From the NCBI GenBank assembly GCA_002720095.2, contig PBGP02000006.1, positions 102,257 through 166,256 on the forward strand: a stretch of DNA of 64,000 nucleotides, in the 5' to 3' direction. Under the pieces are notes generated by a model. The model was not told the origin of the DNA. It searched no databases and saw nothing but the letters and a program-made list of their open reading frames with translations. Positions within the stretch are counted from its first letter, which is position 1. Every line of letters begins with the position of its first letter. Position numbers and translations under genes: made by a program. The stretch is from Methanobacteriota archaeon. GTDB lineage: Archaea > Thermoplasmatota > Poseidoniia > Poseidoniales > Poseidoniaceae. This document shows positions 16,401-26,346 of this stretch, in pieces.

Positions 16401-18122
16401 ATGGCAGATGAATTAAGTTCGCTAAAAGTATCTGAACTTAAAGAAATGCTCAGAGAAAAAAAACTTCCTGTTTCAGGTAAAAAAACTGACTTAATCGAGC
16501 GTTTGTTAAGTGAAAAAATAGTAAATGAAAATGAAGTGACAAATCAACAAGTTCAACAAAACAACAGTATATGGGTAAGAATAAATGAAAAAAAGTTTCA
16601 AACAAAGGGAGGATTAGCATTCTCTTCGGTACAAATAATTATGTTACTGATGGTAATTTTATCTACTTTAGGTATCGGAATTTACAGCTACTCAAAACTT
16701 TCATCTGATGAAGTAAATTATGAATTATTGGAATTTGATAGTTCTAGAGCGAGAAGTTATGCACAAATGTTAGTAGATTTAGGTAATCCAGGTAGGCATT
16801 CAGGATCTATAGAAGAACAAGCTACTGTTGATGCGATACAACAGAATTTTACAGAAATGGGTTTGATGTTACAATATGAAACATTTAGTGTTCCAATGTT
16901 TGAAATAATCTCAGAACCTGAATTGAGTATTTGTATTCCAGGTGAATATCCTCTTGGAATTCAAAGTCCCACACCCTGTGGAACTACCGATTTCAATGCT
17001 GAGATTAATGATTTCGTGCATATGACTGATTTTGTTATACAAGGTTATTCTGGGAGTACAGATATTCAATTTTGGCAGAATGAGTATACAATTGTAAATT
17101 TGTCAGACGGTTCTGAACAATCACTTTGGGATAATGCAAGTGGACAAGTGGGAATGATTTGGTTAGATTCAGTTGGAGTAACTAGCAATACTGAATTTTA
17201 TTCCAAAGCAAGAGATTCTAGTTTAGCTGGTTTAATAATTGCGATCAATTCAGGAAATACTTGTAAGATACCTTCTTTGGAAGGGACTTGCGTACCCTTC
17301 TTCAAAACTGTAGATGTTACACAGTTAGGGACAATGCCTACAGAAATTGCGTTTATCATGGTTTCAAACGATGTGGCTCAAATCTTGGCTGATACTTTCA
17401 ACAACAAGGATGAGAACGATGCTCGTTTAAGATTATTTACTGATATGAATAATGATGGTAATTTGGATGTTCGCGTACCTTGTGGTGTTTTGCCAGGAAA
17501 AACAGATGAACTAATTATTATTGGTGGCCATCATGATACTACCTACAATAGCCCTGGTGCAATTGACGATTCTAGTGGCGTAGCTAATGTTTTGGAACTT
17601 GCAAGACAATTTAGCCTTCTTTCTAATGAATTAGGCCCTTCATACTATACCATCAAATTCTGCACATGGGGTGGTGAGGAAGAGGGCCTGCATGGTTCAA
17701 AATCTTATGTCGACAAACATTCTATAGAATTATCTGAAATGTTGAGGATATATGTTAACTTTGACATGCCTCACGTAGACATAGATTTGGAAAATCGGGG
17801 TAACTCTATCTCATTTTATGGTAATGGTATTGCAGACATTGAACATATCTCCAATATTATTGAAGTGTTTAAAATTAAAAACCCTGAAATATCCTCCAAA
17901 TATTCTTTAATTCATAATTATCAGAATGATGAACAAATTGCATGCACCTCTGATCATTGTCCATTTGTCAAACAAATTAACAAGGATATCATTGGAAGTT
18001 ATGGAACTGGTTCTTGGGAATATCATACTTATTTAGATGATATGACACGATTTAATGAAGAAAGTTTATTTGTTACAGGGACAATTCTCGGTTCATATGT
18101 TAGATACTTATGCTGGGGATAG
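16401..18122 (+). CDS. SAP-motif / single TM / PA-domain M28 family aminopeptidase fusion
   Basis: N-terminus LSSLKVSELKEMLREKKLPVSGKKTDLIERLL matches the SAP/HeH motif. TM at VQIIMLLMVILSTLGIGIY. M28 metal-ligand blocks are GGHHDT, DDSSGVANVLELAR, WGGEEEGLHGS and DHCPF. Confidence 0.75.
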   Translation: MADELSSLKVSELKEMLREKKLPVSGKKTDLIERLLSEKIVNENEVTNQQVQQNNSIWVRINEKKFQTKGGLAFSSVQIIMLLMVILSTLGIGIYSYSKLSSDEVNYELLEFDSSRARSYAQMLVDLGNPGRHSGSIEEQATVDAIQQNFTEMGLMLQYETFSVPMFEIISEPELSICIPGEYPLGIQSPTPCGTTDFNAEINDFVHMTDFVIQGYSGSTDIQFWQNEYTIVNLSDGSEQSLWDNASGQVGMIWLDSVGVTSNTEFYSKARDSSLAGLIIAINSGNTCKIPSLEGTCVPFFKTVDVTQLGTMPTEIAFIMVSNDVAQILADTFNNKDENDARLRLFTDMNNDGNLDVRVPCGVLPGKTDELIIIGGHHDTTYNSPGAIDDSSGVANVLELARQFSLLSNELGPSYYTIKFCTWGGEEEGLHGSKSYVDKHSIELSEMLRIYVNFDMPHVDIDLENRGNSISFYGNGIADIEHISNIIEVFKIKNPEISSKYSLIHNYQNDEQIACTSDHCPFVKQINKDIIGSYGTGSWEYHTYLDDMTRFNEESLFVTGTILGSYVRYLCWG

Positions 18123-18123
18123 T

Positions 18124-18654
18124 ATGGGAAATGATATTTTTGTGTTTGTACCGTCAATAGTTAATATTGATGGTATTGTAGAGGGGTTAGGGATATATTC
18201 TAATGAAAAGTCAGCTCTTGAGAAATTGAGGAAAAAAATATCTGACAATTGGTCTGATGGATATAAAGAAGCTCAACTAGTAATGTGGACTTTAGACTCA
18301 GACAGTACTGATGCCACACCATTAAAACATATGTACGCAAAAACATGTCCTATTTGTGATGAAAGAACTTTTTGGATTGATGTGGTTGAAATGAATGCAT
18401 TGTGTTATTTGCCAGCCTGTCAGGCTTGGATTGAAAGCAGTGATATAGAAGAAGAAAGAATTGATTGTGGTTGGCCCCCAATTGGTTTCACATCACATTC
18501 AGATTCAATTGAAGGTGCGTTAAGAGAACTTCGAAAATATGGCGCAAGAATTAGAACATCTATGATTGAAGACTCAGATATTTTTACTCACAGAACTTTA
18601 TTGGAGGAATATGAATTGTCAAAAAAAGAAAAAAATAAGGATAATATTACATAG
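18124..18654 (+). CDS. hypothetical protein (Cys-rich centre)
   Basis: In-frame ATG directly after the peptidase stop. CPICDERTFW...LCYLPACQ cysteine cluster. No family recognised. Confidence 0.45.
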   Translation: MGNDIFVFVPSIVNIDGIVEGLGIYSNEKSALEKLRKKISDNWSDGYKEAQLVMWTLDSDSTDATPLKHMYAKTCPICDERTFWIDVVEMNALCYLPACQAWIESSDIEEERIDCGWPPIGFTSHSDSIEGALRELRKYGARIRTSMIEDSDIFTHRTLLEEYELSKKEKNKDNIT

Positions 18655-20401
18655 AAACCAATGGAATAATTCCTAAAGCATTGCATCCTCTGTAAATTAA
18701 TTTACGTGAGTATTCACTTACTTTATAGTGAAATACATTTACATTTTGATTTTCAATAATAATACAGTCTCTGTAGAATGAATTATATTTTGTTGCTAAT
18801 TCTAGCATGAATGTGCAAAAATGATTTGGTTTATTTTCAGTAATACTTTTTTCTAATGAATCTTCAAATCTCATCAAAGTTCGCAGTAGGTTTGCTGCCG
18901 ATTTATTTATTTCTACTTTTGAATAGTCAATATTAATTTCTTCAAATTTTAGCTCATTTACTTTTTTATTTATTGAACATGATCTTGCATGAGAATACAT
19001 TATGAATGGAGCAGAATCTGCATCAAAAGACATTGCATCTTCCCACTTAAACGTAAATCCTTTTTCAGGAGATACTTTTAGAATATTAAATCTAATTGCT
19101 GAAGAAGCAACGGCCTTAGAGATTTCCAAACTTCTCTTATCTTCAATGTTATGACCTCGTTGATTAATGATTTTCATCGCCATATTTTCTGCTTCTGCAA
19201 TTAAGTCATCCATAAATACTACATTTCCTCTGCGAGTTGACATTTTTCCTTCTGGCAATTTAATAAATGAATAAAATAAAACCTCTGGCTTTTTAATTTT
19301 TAATTCTTCAAGTGCGATTGAAACCTGTTTCGACTGTAGTCTATGATCTTCGCCTAAAATATTTATTAATTTGGACGCTCTTGTCCATTTCCACTCATGG
19401 TAAGCTAGATCTCTTGTTGCGTACAAACTAGATCCGTCACCTCTTTGAAAGAAGAATTTGGTTGATTTCCCACTAACTCCTTTCCCAGCTAATTCTAGAT
19501 AATTTGCGCCATTTTCTGCTTTACCGTAAAGTTTTGATTTCTTCAATTCCTCCATTATACTATTAACTCTGCCATTAATTATAAATTTAGATTCAGTAGT
19601 AAAAGAATCATATTTGATACCTAATTTTGAAAGTGTTTCAAGCATTCCATTTAATATGGGTTTGAATGAATCGTTAAATTTTGATAAAACCGATTCATCA
19701 CCTTCTTCTGATTTTTTAATTAGTTCAGAAAGCTCTAATTCAATTTTTTTATCGTCTTTTCTTATAATATTGGCAGCTTGATACCACCTAACTCTAATAT
19801 GGTCTTCTTTATTAATCCATGTTGGGTTTAGGCTCTCAATACCTTCATTCTCTAAAATTTCATCCACGTCTTTCTCTGTAAGATTTTCTAGTGCCCATGC
19901 TAGAATTCCAACTTGTTTACCCATGTCATCTACGTAATATTCTGCAATGACTTTATTTCCGAACTCTCTATTTAGTCTTACTAAAGCGTCGCCTAATATC
20001 GCATTTCTAGCTCTTCCTACGTGGAATGGACCATTAGGATTAGCAGAAGTGTGCTCTATCAACACGTCATTTTTTATAGAATTTTGAAAAAATTCATAAT
20101 TTTCATCTAATAATTTTTTAGCGATAAATTTCGTGTCAAGATTAAAGTTCACGTATCCATTTTTTGTGATGACGAATATTTCAGGAATTAACTTATTTTT
20201 AAGTGATGAAGATATGTCTTTTGCAATTTCAACTGGATTTTTTTTTAATATTTTAGCCAATGCAAAACATGGAATACATAAGTCACAAACAGTAAGATCT
20301 CTAGGTTTTTCTATAAGATCGTCAAGTATATTTTTATCAATGTTCAATTCTTCTAATAATTCATTAACCGCTGGTGTGATAAGTCGTTTCAGTATATTCA
20401 T
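18647..20401 (-). CDS. argS: arginyl-tRNA synthetase
   Basis: HTSANPNGPFHVGRARNAILGD (HIGH region), MSTRRG (KMSK-equivalent), and a C-terminal anticodon-binding domain. 584 aa. Confidence 0.9.
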   Translation of the reverse strand: MNILKRLITPAVNELLEELNIDKNILDDLIEKPRDLTVCDLCIPCFALAKILKKNPVEIAKDISSSLKNKLIPEIFVITKNGYVNFNLDTKFIAKKLLDENYEFFQNSIKNDVLIEHTSANPNGPFHVGRARNAILGDALVRLNREFGNKVIAEYYVDDMGKQVGILAWALENLTEKDVDEILENEGIESLNPTWINKEDHIRVRWYQAANIIRKDDKKIELELSELIKKSEEGDESVLSKFNDSFKPILNGMLETLSKLGIKYDSFTTESKFIINGRVNSIMEELKKSKLYGKAENGANYLELAGKGVSGKSTKFFFQRGDGSSLYATRDLAYHEWKWTRASKLINILGEDHRLQSKQVSIALEELKIKKPEVLFYSFIKLPEGKMSTRRGNVVFMDDLIAEAENMAMKIINQRGHNIEDKRSLEISKAVASSAIRFNILKVSPEKGFTFKWEDAMSFDADSAPFIMYSHARSCSINKKVNELKFEEINIDYSKVEINKSAANLLRTLMRFEDSLEKSITENKPNHFCTFMLELATKYNSFYRDCIIIENQNVNVFHYKVSEYSRKLIYRGCNALGIIPLVSM

Positions 20402-20405
20402 AATA

Positions 20406-21653
20406 TCAACTCATTGGGTATCTTAATATGGCTGCAATCCCTCCGAATCCGCTGTAAAGTGTGGCACCTTCTTCTGTATCTGTGGAAATTAACACAGTCT
20501 TACCTGAAGCCCTTGAAGCTAACTCACTTAATTCATCGACCAAACTAATTGAGTTTTTTTCAATTATGTCATCATCTCCAGAATTACAATTTGCACATTT
20601 GGGTAATAAATCTGTAAGGTTGATGGTGGCAAACCATTGATGTGAACATTGTTTACATTCAAGATTCACAATTTGTTTTCTCAGGTTTTCAGACAATAAA
20701 AGTGTTTCAACAGCTCCTTGGTTCAAAGCATCTCTTACAAATTTTTCACCATATGCAGCCTTAGGATATGGCTTAATAACTTCAATTAGGAATTTGTCGA
20801 CCATTTTTCTTTCAGCATCTAGTTCGATTTCTTCCATCACTGAACCTGCATTCTCTACTAATTCTCTCAATCCACTTTCGTTACTATAACCTACATCAAA
20901 TCTTGTTGCTACAATTTTTTTTTGAATTTCGTGATGAAAGTAATTTCCATTAACAACATAGTCCTTTGTAGCTCCAGGACCACCAATTATAATTCCTTTC
21001 ATGTCTTTAATGAGTGGGAGCCAATAATTACAAGCTCTTTCTGCAGATTTTTTGAAAAAATTGTGTGCAGCTTCTTCAATCAATCTTTCAAATCTTTGGG
21101 CTGATTGTCCACCTCTTCCGTGTTTTGACGGTACTTGTGATGGTAGGTATTCTTGAACATGTATTTTTTTTCCACTCGCTAATCCATAACAAGATTCAGA
21201 TCGGTCAATAACAAATAATCCGTATGATGCTTTTTCAATCAGCATCTCTTCTAATTGATCTAATTCAAATGTTGAATCACACCGATACCTCACAGATTGA
21301 ATTTCTTCAGGTGGATCATCGATTGTAATATTTATCATTCTCGTTTTATTATTTCCAATTATAATCGCACCAACAAAAATGGCTATTCCTCTATCGCCAG
21401 GTGTCTTGTAGTTATTTAGAGTAGATAATGCCGACTCAATGGCACCCTGTACATTCTTTTTGGTTCCTTTTGATTTAATGTTAGCAGCTTGCCCATGTTC
21501 ATTTTGTAATAATTGCCTTACATCAGAAATCTGTCTGTCTGGAGGTAGATAAACTGTGACTAATTCAGTACCATGTCCTTTCATTTTTCGTAAATCTTCT
21601 AGATTAAACTTTAATTTTAGGCGTCTACTTTGCTTTAGTTCTTCCTCACTCAT
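20406..21653 (-). CDS. prf1: peptide chain release factor aRF1
   Basis: NIKS motif (AANIKSKGTKKNV) and GGQ motif (HGRGGQSAQRF). The C-domain has a C-x2-C...C-x2-C insertion. Confidence 0.92.
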   Translation of the reverse strand: MSEEELKQSRRLKLKFNLEDLRKMKGHGTELVTVYLPPDRQISDVRQLLQNEHGQAANIKSKGTKKNVQGAIESALSTLNNYKTPGDRGIAIFVGAIIIGNNKTRMINITIDDPPEEIQSVRYRCDSTFELDQLEEMLIEKASYGLFVIDRSESCYGLASGKKIHVQEYLPSQVPSKHGRGGQSAQRFERLIEEAAHNFFKKSAERACNYWLPLIKDMKGIIIGGPGATKDYVVNGNYFHHEIQKKIVATRFDVGYSNESGLRELVENAGSVMEEIELDAERKMVDKFLIEVIKPYPKAAYGEKFVRDALNQGAVETLLLSENLRKQIVNLECKQCSHQWFATINLTDLLPKCANCNSGDDDIIEKNSISLVDELSELASRASGKTVLISTDTEEGATLYSGFGGIAAILRYPMS

Positions 21654-21790
21654 TATACGCCCTCAACAATCCTCTACACTTGCACTTTGTGAATATGTCG
21701 GCTGATGGGTTGAATATTCATTAATTAGTATAATAAACTTTTTTTAACAGATAAATCAATAATCTTACATAAAGAGGCTTAGTTGTTCAA

Positions 21791-22504
21791 ATGGTGGAGA
21801 TAATACCAATTGCTTTAGGTGGTAGCTTATTTTCAAGGAAGGAGGTTAAAGATTTAGATATTTGGAGATCAGAAATAATAGATTTACTGTCTAATTACGA
21901 AAATAATGAAAAAAAATTCATCATCATAATCGGTGGAGGGCATCTAGCAAGAAAAGAAATTGGTGTAGCAATCGATAGTGGCGTGAATGATAAATTTGAG
22001 TTAGATTTAATTGGAATCAGATGTACTAGAAAGAATGCTTTTAATTTCATGAAAATGTTTGAGGATCATAATATAAGTGTAAACAAAGAAATTCCTGAAT
22101 CTATAGAAGATGCTATTGAATTACTAAATAGTAATGATTTAGTTGTGATGGGTGGCACATCTCCTGGTCAAACAACAGATGCTGTAGCTATAAAAATTGG
22201 AATAAGATTAGGAGTTAAGAGGGTATTTGTCGCTACAAATGTAAGCCATATATTTTCCGAAGACCCAAAAATTAATAAAAATGCTAAAAAAATTAAATCA
22301 ATTTCTCTTAAGGAATTAGGAATTTTGTCTGGTGTTGGTAGTGTTATTGAGCCAGGAGCTTCATTTGCAGTAGACCCAGTAGGAGTAAGTAGCGCTATTA
22401 ATTCAAACTTACCACTTGTTATATTAAATGGACACGATGTCGACAACTTGAGAAAAGCAATCAATGGAGAAGAATTTATTGGAACAAATGTTTTTGGAGA
22501 TTAA
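21791..22504 (+). CDS. pyrH: UMP kinase (archaeal type)
   Basis: IALGGSLFS, IIIGGGHLAR, MGGTSPGQTTDAVA, and SEDPKINKNAKKI resembling archaeal PyrH. Confidence 0.8.
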   Translation: MVEIIPIALGGSLFSRKEVKDLDIWRSEIIDLLSNYENNEKKFIIIIGGGHLARKEIGVAIDSGVNDKFELDLIGIRCTRKNAFNFMKMFEDHNISVNKEIPESIEDAIELLNSNDLVVMGGTSPGQTTDAVAIKIGIRLGVKRVFVATNVSHIFSEDPKINKNAKKIKSISLKELGILSGVGSVIEPGASFAVDPVGVSSAINSNLPLVILNGHDVDNLRKAINGEEFIGTNVFGD

Positions 22505-22508
22505 TAAC

Positions 22509-22826
22509 ATGTCAAGTAATTCTAAATTAAAAAACGCAGTGAAAAAATCTGCAGAGAAATTAGCTAAAACTAGCACAGAAGTTACTTCTGTTGTTAAAAA
22601 TATGCCTAGATCGAAAAGCAAGGGTTCTTTCAAAGAGCATAAGCACTGTAAAATATGTGGGAAATCAATCTCTCCAAATGTAGAAAATTTATTGTGTAAA
22701 TCTGAATTATGTCATGAGAGGGACGATAAAGATATGAAGGTTAAGAAACAATTGAGGTTGTGGATGATAATATTAGTTGTAGCAATATTATCACCTAATA
22801 TTTTACAATTAGCAGGAATTTGGTGA
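22509..22826 (+). CDS. hypothetical tail-anchored protein with Cys/His cluster
   Basis: ATG at 22509 chosen. Basic N-terminus, HCKICGKSISPNVENLLCKSELCHE, and C-terminal TM (LWMIILVVAILSPNI). Confidence 0.4.
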   Translation: MSSNSKLKNAVKKSAEKLAKTSTEVTSVVKNMPRSKSKGSFKEHKHCKICGKSISPNVENLLCKSELCHERDDKDMKVKKQLRLWMIILVVAILSPNILQLAGIW

Positions 22827-22830
22827 AATC

Positions 22831-23370
22831 ATGAGAATAGCACCGCTTCTGATAGGAATTATTTTAATTTTAGTAACTATTGTAGGTTTAATCGGCTACA
22901 GTGGTTCAGACGATGTAGAAGTACCTGTGGTACCCTGCCCAACTAATCCATTAGAACCAGATAAATGTTATGTCGGAATGACAAAGGCTGATTTGTCAGT
23001 GCCCACACAGTTTTCAATTTTATCTATTGAAATTTCTATAGAATGGTCTCAATCTGAATCAACATGGTTAGGGGTAATACCGTCTAGTGATGCAACGGAG
23101 TGTCCACCTGATGGACAAGGATTAACTTCATGCGAAGCTGATGAATTAAATTTTATCACAGGCGGAACAGAATCAGTTGGTGAAGATGGTTTGGAATGGA
23201 AAGTTGAACCGGGAAAATATCGCTTAGCTACAGGAAGTGTAAGTTCTGATGCTAATTCTGTTGCAGGAAATATAGTATCATATGAATACGATGCAAGATT
23301 GAATTTTTTGGTCGCTTCTGTAACAATTCTGTTCGGAACTGGAATGTTATTCGTTGGAATTGAGTTTTAG
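22831..23370 (+). CDS. hypothetical membrane-anchored extracellular protein
   Basis: N-terminal TM (APLLIGIILILVTIVGLIGY), a Cys-containing ectodomain, and a C-terminal TM. Confidence 0.45.
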   Translation: MRIAPLLIGIILILVTIVGLIGYSGSDDVEVPVVPCPTNPLEPDKCYVGMTKADLSVPTQFSILSIEISIEWSQSESTWLGVIPSSDATECPPDGQGLTSCEADELNFITGGTESVGEDGLEWKVEPGKYRLATGSVSSDANSVAGNIVSYEYDARLNFLVASVTILFGTGMLFVGIEF

Positions 23371-24491
23371 AAATTCTTATCTGACCGGTACCACCCTTCT
23401 GGTAGCTCAAGAGGTTTGCCTGAATTAGATTTTTGAATTTTGTTGATAAGTAAATTTTTAATACTTTTTAGTCCCAAGTTTTCTTTTGTACTAATTAGTA
23501 TGTTGTTAGTGATATTGTTCCTCAAGAAGATCAAACTTTTACTATCTATGTTTGACGAATCTATGTTAGTTTCTATTGACTTGTAACTATTCCATTCTTT
23601 TTTATCAATATTTATTAAATCGGCTTTGGTTTCTACTACAATTATTTCTTTCTTATTAAGTAGGTTTTTTACTTCTTTTAATAAATTATTTTGTTCAACT
23701 AAACTAGTCCCACATTCTTCAGAGTAGTCAATCACAAATAATACGATACTACCAATGTGCTCTAAAGCAGCAATTGCTTGCATTTCAATTTGATTTCTTT
23801 CTTGCATGGGTCTATCTAATAATCCGGGTGTATCAACAATCTGATATTTTAATCTTCTATGATCAAAATGACCAACATGAAGTTGTTTAGTTGTAAATGG
23901 ATATGACGCTACTTCGGGTTTTCCTGATGATAATGATGAAATTAGAGCTGATTTTCCAACATTTGGTGCACCTGCAACTACAATACATGGATGACTCGAA
24001 TCAATTGATGGTAATTTCTTTAAAGTTTCTCTAGCGGAATTAAGCCATTCCAGACTTTTGGATGTTTGTCCAACTATACTACTTATTCTTCCGTAAGCTT
24101 CTCTTCTAGTTGCATGCATGAATTCAATATTTGCAGTTCGAATAATCTTTTCCGTATTTTGTCTAGCTATCGAAGAAATCTGCTTAGAACACCATTGAAG
24201 CATGCTGAGATTATGTTTGTAATCGTCTAAGCCTACAGCTGCATCTACTAGTGCTATATCGAATAATTCCAAACTTTCAATTGAAGGCCAATTTTTAACG
24301 TGATTCATTAATTGATCGCAAATTGTATCTACCGAAGATTGAATCATTCTTATCATTTGTTTTCTGACTCGGAAGGTTTTGTTAGGATCGTACACATTTT
24401 CTGCAGCTTTTCTACCTCTTGAAAATCCTTTATCTAGAATCTCATCTGAAAAAGGCACTGTTGCCAATTTCTTCCAGTGTACTGCTGTCAT
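23367..24491 (-). CDS. Nog1-family GTPase
   Basis: G1 GAPNVGKS, ASYPFTT, G3 DTPGLLDRP, and an N-terminal Nog1-type helical domain. The ATG at 24491 gives the usual N-terminus. The track's TTG start at 24548 is an alternative. Confidence 0.8.
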   Translation of the reverse strand: MTAVHWKKLATVPFSDEILDKGFSRGRKAAENVYDPNKTFRVRKQMIRMIQSSVDTICDQLMNHVKNWPSIESLELFDIALVDAAVGLDDYKHNLSMLQWCSKQISSIARQNTEKIIRTANIEFMHATRREAYGRISSIVGQTSKSLEWLNSARETLKKLPSIDSSHPCIVVAGAPNVGKSALISSLSSGKPEVASYPFTTKQLHVGHFDHRRLKYQIVDTPGLLDRPMQERNQIEMQAIAALEHIGSIVLFVIDYSEECGTSLVEQNNLLKEVKNLLNKKEIIVVETKADLINIDKKEWNSYKSIETNIDSSNIDSKSLIFLRNNITNNILISTKENLGLKSIKNLLINKIQKSNSGKPLELPEGWYRSDKNF

Positions 24492-24584
24492 TTCCCCCTC
24501 TCGTCCTTCGCACAACTGATCTGTTTTTAGACGAATGGTTGTATTCAAATAATAGTTTTGTTTTTACATCATGAATGTTTGCAG

Positions 24585-25052
24585 ATGTTTAGTGGTACGG
24601 TGTCAAACAGAAGGAAACGTAGAAATGAAGTAAAATTGCCTGACTGGGCAGTTCCATTGTGGGAAGAACTGGGATGTCCAGATTTGGATTCAAATTCTGA
24701 TATTTTGGATGGCTCCCTGCTAAGTCGTAGACATGGTTTAAGAATGGACGATCTTGTTGAGATTGAGTTAGATGCTCGTGCATATCCTAAGGACAGTGAT
24801 TTGACAATTAAGGGAAGATTAATGTCCAGCGGGAAAAACATGATTGAAATCAAGAGTAATGAAGGAGATATAAGTTACATTGCAAAGGATGTGATTGTAA
24901 GGATGAAACTAGTAGCGCACATGAGACCACCGTATATCGATGATGAAGAATTAATTGCATATGAGAAAGAAGATCAAAAAAGAAGAACCAAGTTACATGA
25001 GAAAATAGAGAAGAAAACTCAGGGCGGTAACGATAGTCATTTGTGGGGATAA
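24585..25052 (+). CDS. hypothetical protein
   Basis: ATG at 24585 chosen. Basic N-terminus (RRKRRNE), a beta-rich middle, and a Lys/Glu-rich C-terminus. No family recognised. Confidence 0.4.
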   Translation: MFSGTVSNRRKRRNEVKLPDWAVPLWEELGCPDLDSNSDILDGSLLSRRHGLRMDDLVEIELDARAYPKDSDLTIKGRLMSSGKNMIEIKSNEGDISYIAKDVIVRMKLVAHMRPPYIDDEELIAYEKEDQKRRTKLHEKIEKKTQGGNDSHLWG

Positions 25053-25053
25053 T

Positions 25054-25377
25054 ATGGGTTTATTTGAAAAAAAATGTATTCCATGTCAAGGAGGTATTCC
25101 TCCATTAAACGAAGATCAAATAAACGATTATCTTCCACAGATAAATGAAAACTGGGAAGTAATAAAATTACATCATCTTAGGAGGGAGTTTAAATTTGAT
25201 GACTTTCAAAAAGCTTTAGATTTTGTTAACTTAGCTGGTGATATTTGTGAAAAATCTGGTCATCATGCTAATTTTGAATTTGGATGGGGTTTTGTAAATG
25301 TTTTAATTTGGACACATAAAATCGATGGTTTAGTAGAATCTGATTTTATTTTAGCTTCAAAAATTGACCAACTCTAG
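25054..25377 (+). CDS. pterin-4a-carbinolamine dehydratase (PCD/DCoH)
   Basis: CIPCQGGIPPL...W......L.REFKFDDFQKALDFVN...EKSGHHANFEFGWGFVNVLIWTH. 107 aa. Confidence 0.8.
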   Translation: MGLFEKKCIPCQGGIPPLNEDQINDYLPQINENWEVIKLHHLRREFKFDDFQKALDFVNLAGDICEKSGHHANFEFGWGFVNVLIWTHKIDGLVESDFILASKIDQL

Positions 25378-25387
25378 GTTTGATTTT

Positions 25388-25960
25388 ATGTCAGAAGTAC
25401 AAAAAAATCTTGTAAATAGGAGAACTATTTATCATTTTTCAACCAGAGAAGTTGATAAAAAGATTTTAGAAATCGCATTTGAAGCTGCTCGTTTTGCACC
25501 ATCTCATAAGCATACTAATCCATGGAAATTTTATGTGATGGGTCAAGAATGCAGGTCTTCAATAATTAAAGATGTTGAAGAGTTATCTATAAAAAAATGT
25601 GAAAAAAAGGGATTGGAAATTTCCGATGAAATTATTGAAAGAGCCAAAAATAAGATACTTAAAGTACCAGTTCTAGTGGCAGTAACCTCTAAATTATCAC
25701 CAGATAACTTATTCTTACAAGAAGAAGATTATGCAGCCACAGTATGCGCAATTCAAAATTTAACCCTTTCATTATGGGATAATGGTATTGGTTCTCAATG
25801 GAGTACAGGTTCAATCACAAGACGGCAAAGTTTGTATGACGCATTAGAAATTTCACGTAAAGATGAAAGAATAATTGGATTAATAAAAATCGGATATCCC
25901 GAAAAAGTACCCTCCCCGAAGAAAAAACAACTGTCTGAAATTAGATTTTATTTGAATTAA
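25388..25960 (+). CDS. nitroreductase-family protein
   Basis: RRTIYHFS start motif, PSHKHTNPWKF, and ~190-aa length. ATG at 25388 chosen, downstream of the PCD stop. Confidence 0.7.
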   Translation: MSEVQKNLVNRRTIYHFSTREVDKKILEIAFEAARFAPSHKHTNPWKFYVMGQECRSSIIKDVEELSIKKCEKKGLEISDEIIERAKNKILKVPVLVAVTSKLSPDNLFLQEEDYAATVCAIQNLTLSLWDNGIGSQWSTGSITRRQSLYDALEISRKDERIIGLIKIGYPEKVPSPKKKQLSEIRFYLN

Positions 25961-26323
25961 TTATTTAGATATTGTTATTTTAGCAAGACAAAGAATTGCT
26001 GATGAATACATACCTAAACGAATTATCAATGACAATATTCTTTCACTTGGCTCAATTTTAATATATTTTTTTGAAAGGTTTCCTACAAAAGTAGAATTAT
26101 CATTTTCAGATTTCCTAAGTTTTTTTTCAATTGTTGTTAGAAAACATTGGTCATTATTTGTTTTCCAATGGATTTCTAGTAGTGGAACTATAATTAATAT
26201 TGAATACCAAATTATTTTATGGGTAAATATCCACCCGAATAAAACATACAATATGATTGAGATATGTATTAATCTGATAATTTCTGCAGAAATTATTATT
26301 TTTTGTATCTGATTAATGCCCAC
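25961..26323 (-). CDS. small membrane protein (DUF2784-like)
   Basis: Three TM helices plus HWKTNNDQCFLTTIEKKLRK, resembling the H..W....CPLT..E..LR signature I associate with DUF2784. Confidence 0.4.
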   Translation of the reverse strand: MGINQIQKIIISAEIIRLIHISIILYVLFGWIFTHKIIWYSILIIVPLLEIHWKTNNDQCFLTTIEKKLRKSENDNSTFVGNLSKKYIKIEPSERILSLIIRLGMYSSAILCLAKITISK

Positions 26324-26346
26324 ATTATGTAAAAATGTAGTTTTAT

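Noticed and set aside
20586-20660. C-x2-C...C-x2-C insertion in the C-domain of aRF1 (ECKQCSHQW...KCANCNSG)
   Set aside because: As far as I recall, a zinc-ribbon-like insert at this position is common among euryarchaeal aRF1 proteins. It is not flagged as novel.
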